Shown: positions 1 to 13,400 of the stretch, piece after piece
How positions within the stretch are numbered: the first letter of the stretch is position 1
Layout: each line of letters starts with the position of its first letter
Assembly: GCA_002633005.1 (NCBI GenBank)
Contig: NMRA01000450.1
Coordinates: forward strand, 62,001-126,000
Source of the DNA: Phoronis australis
Lineage: Eukaryota; Animalia; Phoronida
Reading direction: 5' to 3'
DNA: 64,000 nucleotides
Made by a program: the position numbers and the translations under genes
The notes under the pieces: generated by a model
The model's database searches: none
What the model was told of the DNA's origin: nothing
What the model saw: only the letters and a program-made list of their open reading frames with translations

Positions 1-158
1 TGGAAATTGCTTTCATTACTCCAATTTTGGTACTGTAACTTGAGTAGCCCCATAAAGTTAGTTGTAAAATATTTATGTGCGTCCGGAAACTGACGCGGCC
101 TTGCATTATCTGATCTTTTATCTGGCCCCATTGTTTAACCCTTCATGTTTAATTAAAG

Positions 159-332
159 GTAACTGTGTTGATATAATGAAACCGAAATCTGACCCCAATG
201 CGTGCCGAACACATGGAATCAGTGTGTGCAGAACCTCCACCTTTTGGTGCCGAAGAGAAGCAGCCTATGGTTCATGCGATACCAGCGACGAAATTCGAAG
301 AAAGTGTTACAATACATGTTTCTGCGATACGT
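159..332 (+). CDS. Internal exon of ShKT-domain gene A (8-Cys ShKT-like domain); gene start lies upstream of the window
   Basis: AG acceptor 157-158, donor GTGAGT at 333; 174 nt, phase 1-1. Translates (G)NCVDIMKPKSDPNACRTHGISVCRTSTFWCRREAAYGSCDTSDEIRRKCYNTCFCDT, with CxD start and CxxTCxC end. The final T joins the next exon's GT to make a Cys codon. Confidence 0.75.
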
Positions 333-563
333 GTGAGTAGGTGTAACATCTTTACGTCGTGCTGCATTCCGTTTGTTTAGTCAGTATCAATCACATGAAA
401 TCGCTACAAACTGTTCACTTGAACATCATGTTAATAGCTGCTAATGTAACACGACAATAACTTGGCTTATCACGTTTCGTACAATGCCGAATGTTTTTAT
501 TTTGGCTGATAATGCAACTATCACAAAAATTCGGGGTCTTGAAGATAGATTATTTGATGGCGA

Positions 564-673
564 AGTCGTTATCCCCTATATTCTAGAGCCCGAGTGGATT
601 TTGGAGAATTATCGCCCTAGGGGCGGTAACTCTCCAAAATCCACGAGGGTTCTAGATAGGGGGGATAACGACT
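564..673. repeat. ~110-nt imperfect palindrome (hairpin) in an intron
   Basis: Left arm AGTCGTTATCCCCTATATTCTAGAGCCCGAGTGGATTTTGGAGAATTATCGCCC pairs with right arm GGGCGGTAACTCTCCAAAATCCACGAGGGTTCTAGATAGGGGGATAACGACT around a central CTAG. Confidence 0.85.
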
Positions 674-2711
674 GAGAACATGTAAGAATCTATTTATACC
701 ACATGCTGAACGAGAAACATTGCATTGAATCGATCTACCTTTCTCGACACGCCTCGGCTTTGTAACTACTTTTTATGTGAGAGGTCCTGGGACGGAGGTC
801 GTGACCTTTTAAGAAAAGCTAAGTTATTTTTGTCAACATAATGTTTTTACTCAAAATTAATTAAAAATTTAAACAAAGTAGAAAAAAGGGAATCTATAAG
901 TTAAGTTTCAGCAATTAATCTTGCTTACTACACATTTTATCATGCTGCTGGCTTCTTCCGTAAAAATATTGTCTGCTAAAGTAGGTTACTAGTGGTAACT
1001 GAGTATAATGCCCAAGTCAAAGGATGCCCACGACACGATACTCGCATTCAGACTGGAGATCGGTGATTTACAAGTGAGAGAAAATGAGAGATAAATTTCA
1101 TTGAAGTAATATATCGCTTTTATTGAAGTTATGCGTCTTGATTTTTATAGCATATAAATGTCGGTGCAGTGACGTTTGTTGAGCATGTGATTATTGCACA
1201 TGCTCGTTTAAGTATTCTATTTTCACGTTCGATGACGGCAGTTGCTGAGTGGTTCAGTGACAGTGGTAAATTCAACGACACAAAACTCGTGAGGACCGGC
1301 TTCGAAACCGCCCTCGGTTTCCCGCAAAAAGTGTTTATTTTAAGTCCTAGAAGCACACGTTTTTAACCCTTACTAAACGGTTAGAAGACATCGTAAGGAA
1401 CCATGCAATACTTATCCCATGACCAATACACAATCCGTAGTCGAAGAAAGATTAAATAAACGCGTCACTCACGATTCCGACTCGAAGATCACACCGCCAT
1501 TTTGAACTAACCACGAAACCGGAAGTAAAATTCATTCAGCAACGCAGGCTAAGTAAACGCCGGCTGTGGGACTGGAGCAGTGTCTGTTACCAGCCTGGAA
1601 ACTGTGATAAAATAATCGACAGGGGACCTCAACTTTAATAAAACCAAAATAGGGACAACTTGTACTGAAAATGTTGACAAAATATGGCAAAATAAATTTT
1701 GATAGAAATTAGTTTGCCTGGCTCGGACCTGCAGCCGATGACCCGGTGCAGACCGATCGAGGCCACTAGCACTGACAAAAGACGAAAGCATGACGTCCCG
1801 ACAGTTTTATCGGAATAAATGGTTCAAATCATGAATGCCGCATACATACAAAGACAGTTTCCGACACTTGTATAAAACTACGGACTAGTGGCAGTCCTGA
1901 GTCAACGACTGGATAACAAAAGGAGCCGACTATGGCGAGCTAGGATAAGCGTGTTTTACTAGTTTAATTAACTCTGGTAAACAAACAGTATAAACAAAAC
2001 AACGAACATGCAACATCAAATTATTGAATAAAATTGCTATACAGTTAGAATATCCTGACAGATAAACTTTCGAAAATACGGAAAATAAATTTAGACGCGA
2101 TTTCGCTAGTACGGCCGAGCGGCTGCCTGAAGAGAATACCATTTGGTGGCGAAATAACTTAAGGTAGAAAACTTGCCATCGTGCCAAATGGTATAAGTGT
2201 TAATGAGTTTAAAGTAAAAGGAACAATTCCCAGTTAGCCAGAAACATTCGTCTACACTGCTAGCCGGCAGAGCTGGACCGCCTGGCTTGCCGTGCGGACG
2301 CAGACGTCTGTGCTCCGCGGGGCAAGATGAAGACATTAATTAGCTACCCGGCCCTTGAATGAATGAAATTCCTGTGACAAAGAGATTAAAAAAGTACTGC
2401 GTCATACTCCTAACACTGCAATATTTTCCCATCGCCGACATTCAGATCATTGACTAAAATTCACTGCCCCCTCGTCCCGGTTTGGGGCGCGGAATTTATA
2501 TATTTATACAAAAGAGGTACATGTTGTAAGTTTGTTTTTGTGAGGTTTGAAAGTATATTGTCCCTGATAATTGAAAAGCAAATCCAGTTTAGCAAGTGAA
2601 TTTTCCTGGCGAAGAATCACGGCGAGTGCAGGTCGAGATTTACTGGTACTTCGCCGGTTACTGTGTCCTGGCAGAAAAATCGAGCACCCTTGTGGAGTTC
2701 ACTAGACTATG

Positions 2712-3710
2712 TCCAACCTTATTTAGTGGCCTCCATTCTAACACTTAAATCAAAAAAACTAAGCTTTGTCAACAAGTAAAAGTAAATATTTTCTGAAAGG
2801 ACAAAGACCAGGAAATATAAAATTATGTACTTTTTGTATTTATTTGTTATTATTATTTTTACGTAAAAACCTTTTTTAAGTAAAAATTTCATTTTTAAGA
2901 AAGGTACATTCATAGCAAAATAACCCCTCGGTCGATTTTAACGAAACCTTTTTAAATGAAAACTTCATCGCTTACCTCAAAAATGCTATTAGGAATTTTT
3001 GATTAGTTTGTTCGTTTGGTTTCTATGACAAATAAACTCGCAAAACGTAAGGTATTTTTGTAAAAAATTGAAGTCGTATTCGTCTTTGCCACATTACACA
3101 AAAACTAAGCTTTTATATCAAAAATCCTAACAGAGATTGGTGACTAAATATTAAGTTTGGAAAGTTTCAGCGAAATCCATTGAGCCATTTTCGAGAACTC
3201 GTGTTCCTAAGTTCAAATAAAGTCGATTTGCCGAAGCCGAGAAAAAGCCGATTAAACTGGGACACGTGAAAATCTCTAAGTCTTTGGTTAATTAGTTTGT
3301 GAAAACTTGTTTTCGGTATACATAACCTATAGAATCCTTAACTATGTCACCTATTTCAATGTTTTCTTGCAATGTCAACAAATTTTGCAGTGCGTAAGTA
3401 ACTTAAATATCATTAAAACCTCAAATAGACCTATCTTTCGCAGCCAACTTCTGCCGTTTTGTACGACCTACTTAGAAAAGTAGGTCACAGTTCATAGCCT
3501 GTACACGTCACGTGCTGGGAGACTGATACCAAACCAAGTAAGAAATGGATAACAAAAATTGAATTGGTGGTTAAAGTAAGTCGTTAACACCAAATCGAAA
3601 CATCGAAATGTTAACTTAATAATTGAATTAAGGAATAAGAGGGAGGATTTATCTCTTTTCACAACTTTCTGTGTTCATGACCAGACTGAGGCCTGAGGCA
3701 ACTCGTAGCA
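2712..3710 (+). repeat. ~1-kb interspersed repeat, copy 1 (copy 2 at 58936-59798); probable non-autonomous DNA transposon
   Basis: Long near-identical direct match from TCCAACCTTATTTAGTGGCCTCC to GAGGCCTGAGGCAACTCGTAGCATT, with indels; no ORF. Confidence 0.85.
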
Positions 3711-4384
3711 TTCGTTAAATTTCATTATATAAGCACTTTACTTTTTTGGCACATAGTCACGAATGTTTTATTTTTGAAAAAAAAATCCTAGTTTCCCGCC
3801 AAGTGATGTAAAGGGTGGAGAACGTTTGGTCAATTGACAATCAATTGCAATGGAGGAACACAGCAGATCAGAAGACGAGGACGATTTCGAGCGCAAACTG
3901 GACAATTGATATGCTGACAGAGAGAAGACAGTATACGGGCAGCACACTCAAGTGCTTGACTAATCAAACTATGAGTTCGGTTTTCCACTTTGCAAACTTT
4001 CGTCGGCTTTCAGGCCATATAAACTCAACCCACTTACACAAGAAATGCTGCAGGCACATGTGAGCCATAACCAACTGAACCAAGGAATAGTCAACATTCA
4101 TAAAATATACACTTAATAATCACTGAAAAAGGCCACAGTAATCCTGGGTGACTCGTAATTACCATAATGGAATGAGCGCCGTCTAAGCACAATGCATAAG
4201 CCTAGTACTTGTGGCACACGATCTGGGTGTGGTCGAGGGACAGACACAACTCGCCCTAGAATGGAAGCAGTTTGCTCGTTATTTATAAATTTGCAAACAC
4301 ACTTACAAGGTGGCGTAACGCCGTTTTTGAGTTTTTCGAAACAAGATTCTTTGAAATGTGTCGACCAAAGTGAGGCTCCCGACT

Positions 4385-5102
4385 GAATCGCATAACCGGA
4401 GCTTACAGGGGATCCAATAGTGTTAAGGTTTTAAATAGTCTCAAGTGGCCCAAACTGTCTACTCGACGCAATCTTCACATGATCACATTTACTTTTAAAG
4501 TAATAAACAACGTCAACAACATTTCTGTCCAAAATATTTGATCTATACACTAGACAAGGCCATGGTAATGATTTGAGATCCTCCACCCCATATGCAATTC
4601 CTACGTCATTCAGTCAGACATTCAGAAGGTTTACAGTCATGATGTGCATCAACATCTGGAATTCTCTTCCAGTCTCTGTTAAGGAAAGCAACTCTTTTAC
4701 GAGTATAAAATTAATTTTAGAACTGTTTTTCACAATTTTGATAACTCAGCACCCTTAACTCAATTCTCCCTTCCCTGCGATAACGAAATAGCATTGTACA
4801 GATCGAGTTGTGGTCTTTTCCTCAATTCTGACACGCTTAGGCATAACTTAAGTAATGTTTCTCCAAACTGTAAATGTGGTGACCATCAATCTTATCCTCA
4901 TATTTTCTTCAAATGTCCCCTGAGAGACTCACTCTGTCGTGCACTCAATGAAAACCAGTCAATTGTTAATGTTCACAATTCTTGTAATAATACCCCTACT
5001 AAAGTTACATTATTATTGAATGGTAGTCCTAACTTTGACGTCGTTCTCAATGAATTCCTCCTAAGCAACGTTAGCAAATTTTTATGTACCGTTTATCAAT
5101 AG
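4385..5102 (+). mobile_element. Decayed 3' end of LINE ORF2 (CR1/L2-group-like)
   Basis: Broken-frame peptides LNSLKWPKLSTRRNLH, INIWNSLPVSVKESNS and a C-terminal SPNCKCGDHQSYPHIFFKCP zinc-knuckle motif. Confidence 0.7.
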
Positions 5103-5762
5103 TGCTGCTTCTGATTTCCAAACATGAATCTGTACATGTTTTTGTTTTTATATATTCGCAATAGCATATCTAAATATTGGGTTACTTTTATTAGATACTA
5201 CTTAAATGTATATACCTCTATGTATATTAGTTTCATTTATGAATTGTTTACAAGCCAGATATAATGCTTCGCAATTTCTGGGTTTGTCATCATTTCTTCG
5301 TACTGAATCGCATGTTCCACACTGGCATTCCACACACTTTTGCGGCGCACAAACTGATGCCATTTCTGTGCAACTTACACGTATTTCTCAGTCAAGTTGT
5401 TGTTACTACAGCCTCCACTAACCCATCTTGTCATATTTGAAAAAGGCGCCTGTTCGCAGACTTTCCTCACAACTCCTCGGTATCGCACTGGTAAAAACAA
5501 CGTCAGAGACTGTTTCCCACTCATTACATACAATTCCGATAACATTTTTTTTAAATTTAAGCTTGTTTCTTAGCAATAGGTATACTAAAGTCTATTAAAT
5601 CTACTAAGATGTATTAATAAAATTCTTTTTGAGACACAGGGTCATGATGGGAACTTTAAACCATCTCGAACCTAGTGTTTTTGTCATGGCTTTAAGTGAT
5701 AGCTCGATTACCTTTCTTCACCAGGATACTTCGTCATTGGATATAACTCTTCAAATTTTCAG

Positions 5763-5885
5763 GTTTCAATGTCGAATCTGACGAGTATTGCGACCGAGGA
5801 GCAGCCCGTGGGCTCTGTGATGGTTCGGAACGTGCCATGAAGCACTGCGCAAAGAGTTGTCGTTATTGTGATAAAACGATAAAAG
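5763..5885 (+). CDS. Internal exon of ShKT gene A (canonical 6-Cys ShKT domain)
   Basis: TTTTCAG acceptor, GT donor at 5886; 123 nt, phase 1-1. (C)FNVESDEYCDRGAARGLCDGSERAMKHCAKSCRYCDKTIK has the MxxxCxxSCxxC signature. Confidence 0.85.
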
Positions 5886-6112
5886 GTGACGCATTTATGT
5901 TGGCTTTTCTTTGCTCTACTTCAGAAATGTGTTTAACCTAATTTGGATTATGTCCCTAGAAATTACCGAATATTGAGGTTAATCAGGAAAACGTTCTTTT
6001 TGGTTTAAGGTTATCACAGAAATTTCCGTTGTTACTATATATTTAATATGTTTAGCAAAGCAAAATACCTGATCTTCATTCTGTGTGGAAGTTTTTGTTT
6101 TTTACTTATCAG

Positions 6113-6192
6113 AGGTCAAATGTTACAAGGCTGTAACTCAAATCGAATCTCCCGCCAGGCATAGAGCAGTTCCACTACGGGATCCGGCTTAG
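6113..6192 (+). CDS. Candidate terminal coding exon of ShKT gene A
   Basis: Strong polypyrimidine tract plus AG at 6111-6112. The phase-1 continuation gives (E)VKCYKAVTQIESPARHRAVPLRDPA-stop. No homology support. Confidence 0.4.
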
Positions 6193-7120
6193 TCCTTTCA
6201 TTCACCGAGTAGCCATCATATTGAATCGAGAAGTGTATATAGGATAGAAAGATGCCAGGGAAAGCAAAGACAAAACATTGTTTGATCCTGAAGGAGTTGT
6301 GCGTCTGCATGCATAACGACGGTTTAGAACTAACGCACCGAATCCGAGTCGCCGCACGACCTTTGTGACCTTGCGATCACGAACACAGCAAGCTGGAAAA
6401 ACATACATCCTCACCAAAAGTTATTCGATTTCATGCACGATGCGCTTCAAGTGGAATTTGCACGTCAATTCCTTAGCTCTGTGATTGCGTGGTTAAATTA
6501 GTTAGAAACGCAAAATACATGTAAAGCGACGATGTGAATATGTAGTAAACTGAAAGTTTCCAAATGTTTTTAAGAGCGATTTATGTCCAAATTATCCGCC
6601 GTAAATCACTTAACCGTGTCCAGTAAGTATCTTGACGTGGTTTGGGGAAATAACACTGCATGACGCGGTCTATGTGAGCCCCTTAGGCACGACAATAATG
6701 CAAAAATCACCTCATCGCTCGGTGTAATTTTCAAATGTATAAATTTCCCGAATTTCGATGTGCACTTTCCGTGTTCTTGTGTAGTAGTATTTCGTTATTA
6801 TCGTAAAAACGAGAAAATGTTTAGAATTGCAGTGTCATCAGCAATCAAATCATGTTGATTCAGGCATTTCAAAAGTCATAATTAAACGAGGTTGTCCTCT
6901 AAGTGAAATGAGCAAAACAGGTAAAAGGGTAATGAAACTAAGCTTTTTTGATAGACAACATGTAAACAGGCAAAACACACGCTTTCCAGCATTAATGGGT
7001 GCCGCTCTTCATCAGGTGGGAAGACAAGTCATACGAGAATGGTATTGAATAGGTTGGTATACGTAAGTCTGACTTGTAAGCTGACATCTTTTTTCAACAC
7101 AGTTGGGGGGGGGCGATAAC

Positions 7121-7172
7121 ATGGGTCGCCTTCTTACTGCACATATTGTCGCATTCGTTGTTGTCACAATTG
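7121..7172 (+). CDS. Candidate first coding exon (signal peptide) of ShKT gene B
   Basis: Acceptor CTGAC...TTTTCAACACAG at 7101-7102, ATG at 7121, hydrophobic MGRLLTAHIVAFVVVTI. Joining in phase 1 to 10291 completes a signal peptide (...VSPTEG), but needs a weak GC donor at 7173. Confidence 0.4.
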
Positions 7173-7610
7173 GCATATAATGTCGCGTGTGCGACAAAAT
7201 GCGTTCAGCGTGATATTTTACACAATTACCTTTCATAGGTACAGGTCACGGTAAAAACAAATGATTCCCACGAAGTATGAGCCTTTTATCAAGAAAATGT
7301 TTTTGCAGTTGTACACTTAATATTTGGAGAAGTAAGTGACTTGAAAAAATACTGTTTTCAAATTGTCATCTAAAAGTATGAAAGTAACTACAGTGTACTC
7401 GATCGGGCAAGCTATGTACGTTCACCTTATTCGACAAAATTAAACGCTATGCGAAGGCAAGCTCAAGATTTAAAATTGATTGATGAATTTTTGATTAGTC
7501 CTATTATATTTGAAAGCTGCTGTAGACCAGTCTCCCACCACAAAACAACTTTTAGTTGAGAAGTCTAACCGTTATCAAATTGGTTTCGAATGGGGCTATT
7601 CGACAAGTTG

Positions 7611-7719
7611 TCCTCGCGGTGTCGCTGCTGTAATAGTGGTGATCGAATTGCGCATGAGTCGCTGCCTGCATGAAAGCAGCTGCTAAAAAACGGAACTGTC
7701 ATCAAAATACGTCGTCGCG
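7611..7719 (+). repeat. Short interspersed repeat (second copy at ~49975-50084)
   Basis: TCCTCGCGGTGTCGCTGCTGTA...TCAAAATACGTCGTCGCG recurs with high identity at ~50 kb. Confidence 0.75.
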
Positions 7720-10290
7720 GATGAAAATCTTCTACATATTTGCACATTGCGGCGTATCATTTCATGCGTTGAGCATGATCTTGAGGCATAACTAAGTGTT
7801 CACCGCAGCCTAGGAATCGCTTCTCACCTGAAGAAGGAACAAGTTGAGGTCAATTCAATTGCTGTGTCAACCCATTTCTTCGACAGAACACGTGTTCACA
7901 GCGTCTGCGACGGACTAGTTCTATAGTCCTGTCGTCTTTTACAAACATGTGCAAGTGGAAAAACAAGAAATATGAATATAAAATAATGAATAAACAAAAA
8001 ATAACAATTTCTGGAAAGATGGGCAACACAAAGCGCAGCACTCGGGTAAGATCAGCTACTGAAAAAACGAGGGTGGTAGTGGGTGGTAAAAATGAACGTA
8101 AGTACTGCTAAAAGGAAGGAATAACAGGAACAAACGTTAACCCTAAAACACGTGACAATCATCAACCTATAGGAGCCAGGAGCTGACCAAACTCGTGACC
8201 CATGACATAAAGAAACCAATAGTGAGGCTGGGAATGAAATGTCCTAGTGCGTTGTGCGCAAAAGACCGCATGCAAATCTACACAAAGGATTAATGGACCA
8301 GTCCAAAAACAAAAATGGGGTAAAAGTGAGACGAGTCCATATTCTCACATAAATATATTTAACGAGTGAAATAGCATTCATGTTCGACGTATGTCCCGAA
8401 AATGATTGGTGCGTTACAAGCCCCGTTTCCAGTGATAAAGAGGAGACCGAATTTAGCGAATTGAAGGTCATTTATTGTGAAGGATAACATTACAGAAATA
8501 TGAGTGTAAAATAATAAACATGAAATAACAATCTCTGGAAACATGGGCAACAAAAGTGCCACAAGAAATGTTTTAAGACATTGGAAGTTCTACCGGGAAT
8601 AAGTTAAGCCTAATCAATTAAAATAAACACCGAGGTTATAGAAAATGGTTTTTTCACGGTTTGCGATTCATGGAGTATCCGTCTTCCAAGCCACTTGGTC
8701 TTTGGAAATTTAGTTTCGCGTCCTCTGTTTTCATCGCTTAATTTCTTCATCCTATTCAAGTTGACTGTTGTATTGCAATCTGTTGCAACATCCCAATATC
8801 ACAAACTACAGACATAATCCCCACACCTATGCAATCTGAACAATTGATCTTAAAATTTGAAGCGCAATCTGTCGCTGAAGATGACTGTCGTGGAATCAAC
8901 TAACATCCAAGGTGTCTCCTGTTTTGCGATTTGGTTGATGTTATTGACATTGTTTTTGCAGAATTTATTCATTATCAGTGCTAAATGATCTCTGTTAGCA
9001 TTAAACGTTGAGACGTAAAATACTATACAATGGGCGTAGACGGATTGTCACCTCAGACATAATTTAGAAAGTATGTCGTTTCAAAATGTTTCAACTGGAA
9101 AATGCTTATAGTCAACTTTTATTCTGTGAGCGTTGTAATAACGTTTGATTACATCTGGTTGCAGAGAACACTCAAGCCACGTCCCCACCCGGTAAGTATA
9201 ATTACGGAATCCCTCGGCATCTGGCTCTGTTCTACGTGTCGATACTGTTTGCCAGTACGCCCTGAGCTGTAGGGCATTTAAAAAGATTTGGTGAATACTT
9301 TCTCCTGACAGTTTTATTTCAGCGTTCTTCGTGTCATTTAATAATAATATATGTACACAATTTAATATCAAACAGTTCCTGCATTTAAAGGTGCAAATTT
9401 TAGTGTGCTTTCCAAAAGTGTCAAAATGTTAAAATTGGAGTACGTGTACTTTGTGTCACTTGGATGAGAAATGTTGTCTCGTGCTTTTTAACAGATGCAT
9501 TTAAATGATGTCAGATTAAACAAGTTAAACAAGTGATCTTGTAGTGAAATATTTTTAAATCACAGAGTTAAAATGTAAAACTACTTTAAATTGCAACTAT
9601 CTGCGTAGTAGTAACTAAACAATTCATGGATTTTTGTTTCCGAGTTCCTCAAGTCTGCAATGTGTTCTCGGTGATACTATGCTTAAAAGTTGTCTTGGCA
9701 ACAAATTCTTTATTAGAAGTGTCTGGGTGAAACGTACATCAACATAATTCTGACTGTGGTTTGATAAAGTCTTGGGTGGCGAATAAAGTGGGCCGGGGGG
9801 CTCAGTCTACACTTTTTCAGTGCTTCACCGCTCATGATAGTGTGATGTAGTTCCATTACATAGATTCAGTCTCTTACAGAGGGGTAAACGTTGTAGAAGT
9901 CACATCAAATAATAAACATTTAAAATAACATGGGATACATCGTGACAATTCTATTCGGAATCCAAACTCTTGGATAGAATCGCAGTATCTATCAATATTT
10001 TCACGCTAACAAAAATGACCTATAAATAATCGAGTGAAGTTACTTAAAGCAGATCTTCGAACATAACAGATATTATAGAAAGTGACTTGTTATGGGTCGA
10101 CTTTTTTGCGATAGTTAAAGACAAACATTGTCCATTAATACTATCGGCCTATTTGTAATTATTTTGTTCACCTGTATGCTATGGGTTTTGTGTGAAGTCT
10201 AATGTCTGTTCGTTTTGAATGTTACGGCCTCATAGAATTACTTCTAACCAAAACCGATAATTTGCGCGATACTTAATTATTTCATTTCAG

Positions 10291-10344
10291 TTTCTCCAAC
10301 TGAAGGGCGACTGGTTGGTGGTAAGCGGTTCACTGAAGGTGACG
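10291..10344 (+). CDS. Micro-exon of ShKT gene B (signal end plus propeptide), with an alternative donor at 10321
   Basis: TTCATTTCAG acceptor and two in-frame GTAAGC donors (10321, 10345), both phase 1. Encodes (V)SPTEGRLVG[GKRFTEGD]. Confidence 0.55.
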
Positions 10345-10472
10345 GTAAGCAAATGTACACGATCTCAATGCTATCTCATACAGCTCGGATTATGCCAGGG
10401 TATAGAATCCGCAAGCTCCATTCGGCGGACACGTGTTTCTATCTTGAATGAGTGACTCAATGACAGCGTTTT

Positions 10473-13400
10473 TAGTCCAGTCATTCTAGGGCTCCAGAGG
10501 GCCCAACCTAGAAAAAATTGCAACGGAAGGTTTTTTGCATAAATGGCATCTTCAAACATCCCTTGGTGTCAGAAAAAATCTACCGAAATTGGAGTGGCGG
10601 AAGTCGGTTTTTCAAGATGGCGGAAAAATGGCCGACAAAACCGGTGATTACTGTTTTCTGGCATATTACTCTTATGTAACAGCTAAAAATAAAACAATAA
10701 AGTTTGCCATTGATTATATACTTTTCATAACAGGCATACCAATCAAAAGATGCCAATTTTCAGTAAAATAAAACCAATATGGCCGACAAAATGGCGGCCG
10801 AAAATTCAATTTGGTACACGTTGCAAAATTTCTTTTTATAATTTTGCCCTAAAAATGGCAATAGTTTTATTCTTTTGTAAGTTAGACAATTTAAAATATC
10901 TGGACCTTACAATTGGTCACTGGTTTGCGAGAAAAAATCAAGATGGCTGACAAAATGGCCGCCAAAATGACTGCCAATTCACAAACCCCAATTTATCGCA
11001 TTTACGTTCTGCAAACTTTGTTTGTAACCTGATAGCATTTACACAAAAACATTTTACAATCTACAGTCAGGGTTAATGAGTTGATTGTCTCTATAATTTG
11101 TTTTTAAGATTGATATACTAAATGTGGAATTTTAATCACATTTTAGATTATATAACATAAAAGTTGGTGTGTTTTTCAGAAAAAGGCTTTAGTTAAATTT
11201 TCATTATAAATTTCACAAACTCAATTATTTTTCTGTAAAATAATATTCATTTGAGGTATCAAAAATAATATTTGTTAGAAAAATATGTTATTTTGGTGGA
11301 GTTATTGGCTTATTCATTATAAAAAACCTTAATAAAATTGGGCAGGAAGTGGCTTTTTTCTCTGCTATTGGAGATATTATTAGTTGTTCCCAAGCATCGA
11401 TTCAAGCATCGATTTCGTCTGCTGCTGGCATGTATTGAGAATTGGCTGCTGATTTCACCTGAATTTGATGAAAAGCAAATAGGATTGTGTAACAAAAAGT
11501 TATTAATTAAATTTTAATAGTTAGGAAACATAATTTGTTTAATATACATGCTTTTTATGAACATAGGCAACTGATTTTAGATGCCTGCAAACAAAACGAT
11601 AGTGATCTACAGTCACTTATTCTTAGCCAGGCTTGGAAGATTTCATATTGAAATGTATTGGATACGTAATGTCAAGCACAGGACATCAAAGAGTTCTTGA
11701 GACGGTGTATGCATCAAACAGTGTGATCCTTATGTTAAATGGAAAAAGTGTGGATAAAGCAGTGAGGGGGCATATGTTGGTAGACTCAGCACTGAATGCT
11801 ATCATAAAAGCCAGAACATTCAACATCCCACTTCCAAATATTGACAGATCAAGTAACGCCAATCCAAAACCAATGAAGAAAGAAATTCAGGTTCTTCAGA
11901 AATTCCAGGAGTCCTGAATGTCACAAATACAGAACTTACAGATTACATGCCAAGAGGTGGAGCAGTTCAATGCTTGTACACAAATTTTGGCTCGTCAGAA
12001 TATGGAGACAGATGTATATTATGGGGCATGCCATGTCCAGCCAGTGTCTTCCGATTCTGAACCTTGGATTACAGTGGAATGCCCTCACTACAGTTGACTT
12101 CTGGTTTCCGACCTACTGTCATTGGTATATTCAAAAACGACTGAATCAGAGTATAGGTCTTCAGAATTCACAGTGACAGAGAATAGTTCGTCAGAAGATT
12201 CACTGGCCAATGATATTCTTCATGATGATTTGAGAGCTGGTCTGAAGCGGTATGATGATCTTATTGCTGGCATGACGTCTGTGTGCGATGATGTATGCTC
12301 GTCTGAGTGTCTTGTGGGTATCCATAAAAAATCAAAGCACATAAATCAGACTTGTCCATGCAAAGTCCAATCATTAGTCTTTGACTACAGTATATGAAGG
12401 TGATTGACATACTTCGACTATTTTAAAAGCAGAAATAACGCCAGATTGGGAGCTTCACCTAAAAGTAGTTTTTGAAATACTGCCTTACTCTGCAGCTGCT
12501 GGTCACAACTCTTATGCAAAATCTTCATTCATATGCTTGACTGAAGCAGACGTAGCAACTCAAAGACACCCGTCCAGACGTCTACGGCCAACAAACCATA
12601 AGACAAATAGCGCTAAAAGTGACAGATTCTGGGCAGGCTTGTCATAATGAGATATGATCTTGTAATTGAACAAACCCTCATGAAAATGTTAAAGCAACAG
12701 GAGGTTGAACTTGAGGTTGCGAAATGGGAGATACACAGAGTGCACCGTGGCTGCTTTCCTTGTCGGCATGCTCAAGTATAAATTGTGCCATGCACATTGT
12801 GACAAACTTGAGTTGTGAAACAAGTCATCAGCATAAAGAATGTACCCAGGCAAGACAGTCGCGTGACGACAAAGACATCCGCAGCATTGTTGAATTCATG
12901 CTGCTAATAGTAATTTTACAGAAGTGGATCCACGACTGCTATTTCAGCGAATCCTGACAGCTGCAAAAGACAACAGTGAAAGTTCATCAAGCCTTTTGAA
13001 GTTTGAGCTGTGTGTTGGTTCCTCTGTTCTTTTTGATACATCTGGTCTTTCCAGAGTCGCTAATAAATCAATATGGGCTGATGCACTCTGGTCCAGTAGA
13101 GGACTACCTGAGGATTTCAATTTCCAGAAAACATGGTGATGCATGTAATCGACGGCGGTTCTCTCCTTCACCGTATTCCATGGCCTAGAGATGCAACGTA
13201 TCAGTCATTTGGTAGAGTTCATGTGGATTACATCAGCAAGTGCACCCAGCCTATTGTTGTTTTTGATGGTTACTGAGATGGACCATCAACTAACGCAGTA
13301 CAAGGTCCAACTACCCTTACTGCAGACGATAGACTTGTTGGTTCGTTTGCGTTACCATGCTACTTCACAACAAGAGATACCTAAGCAAGAGGAGAGTCTG

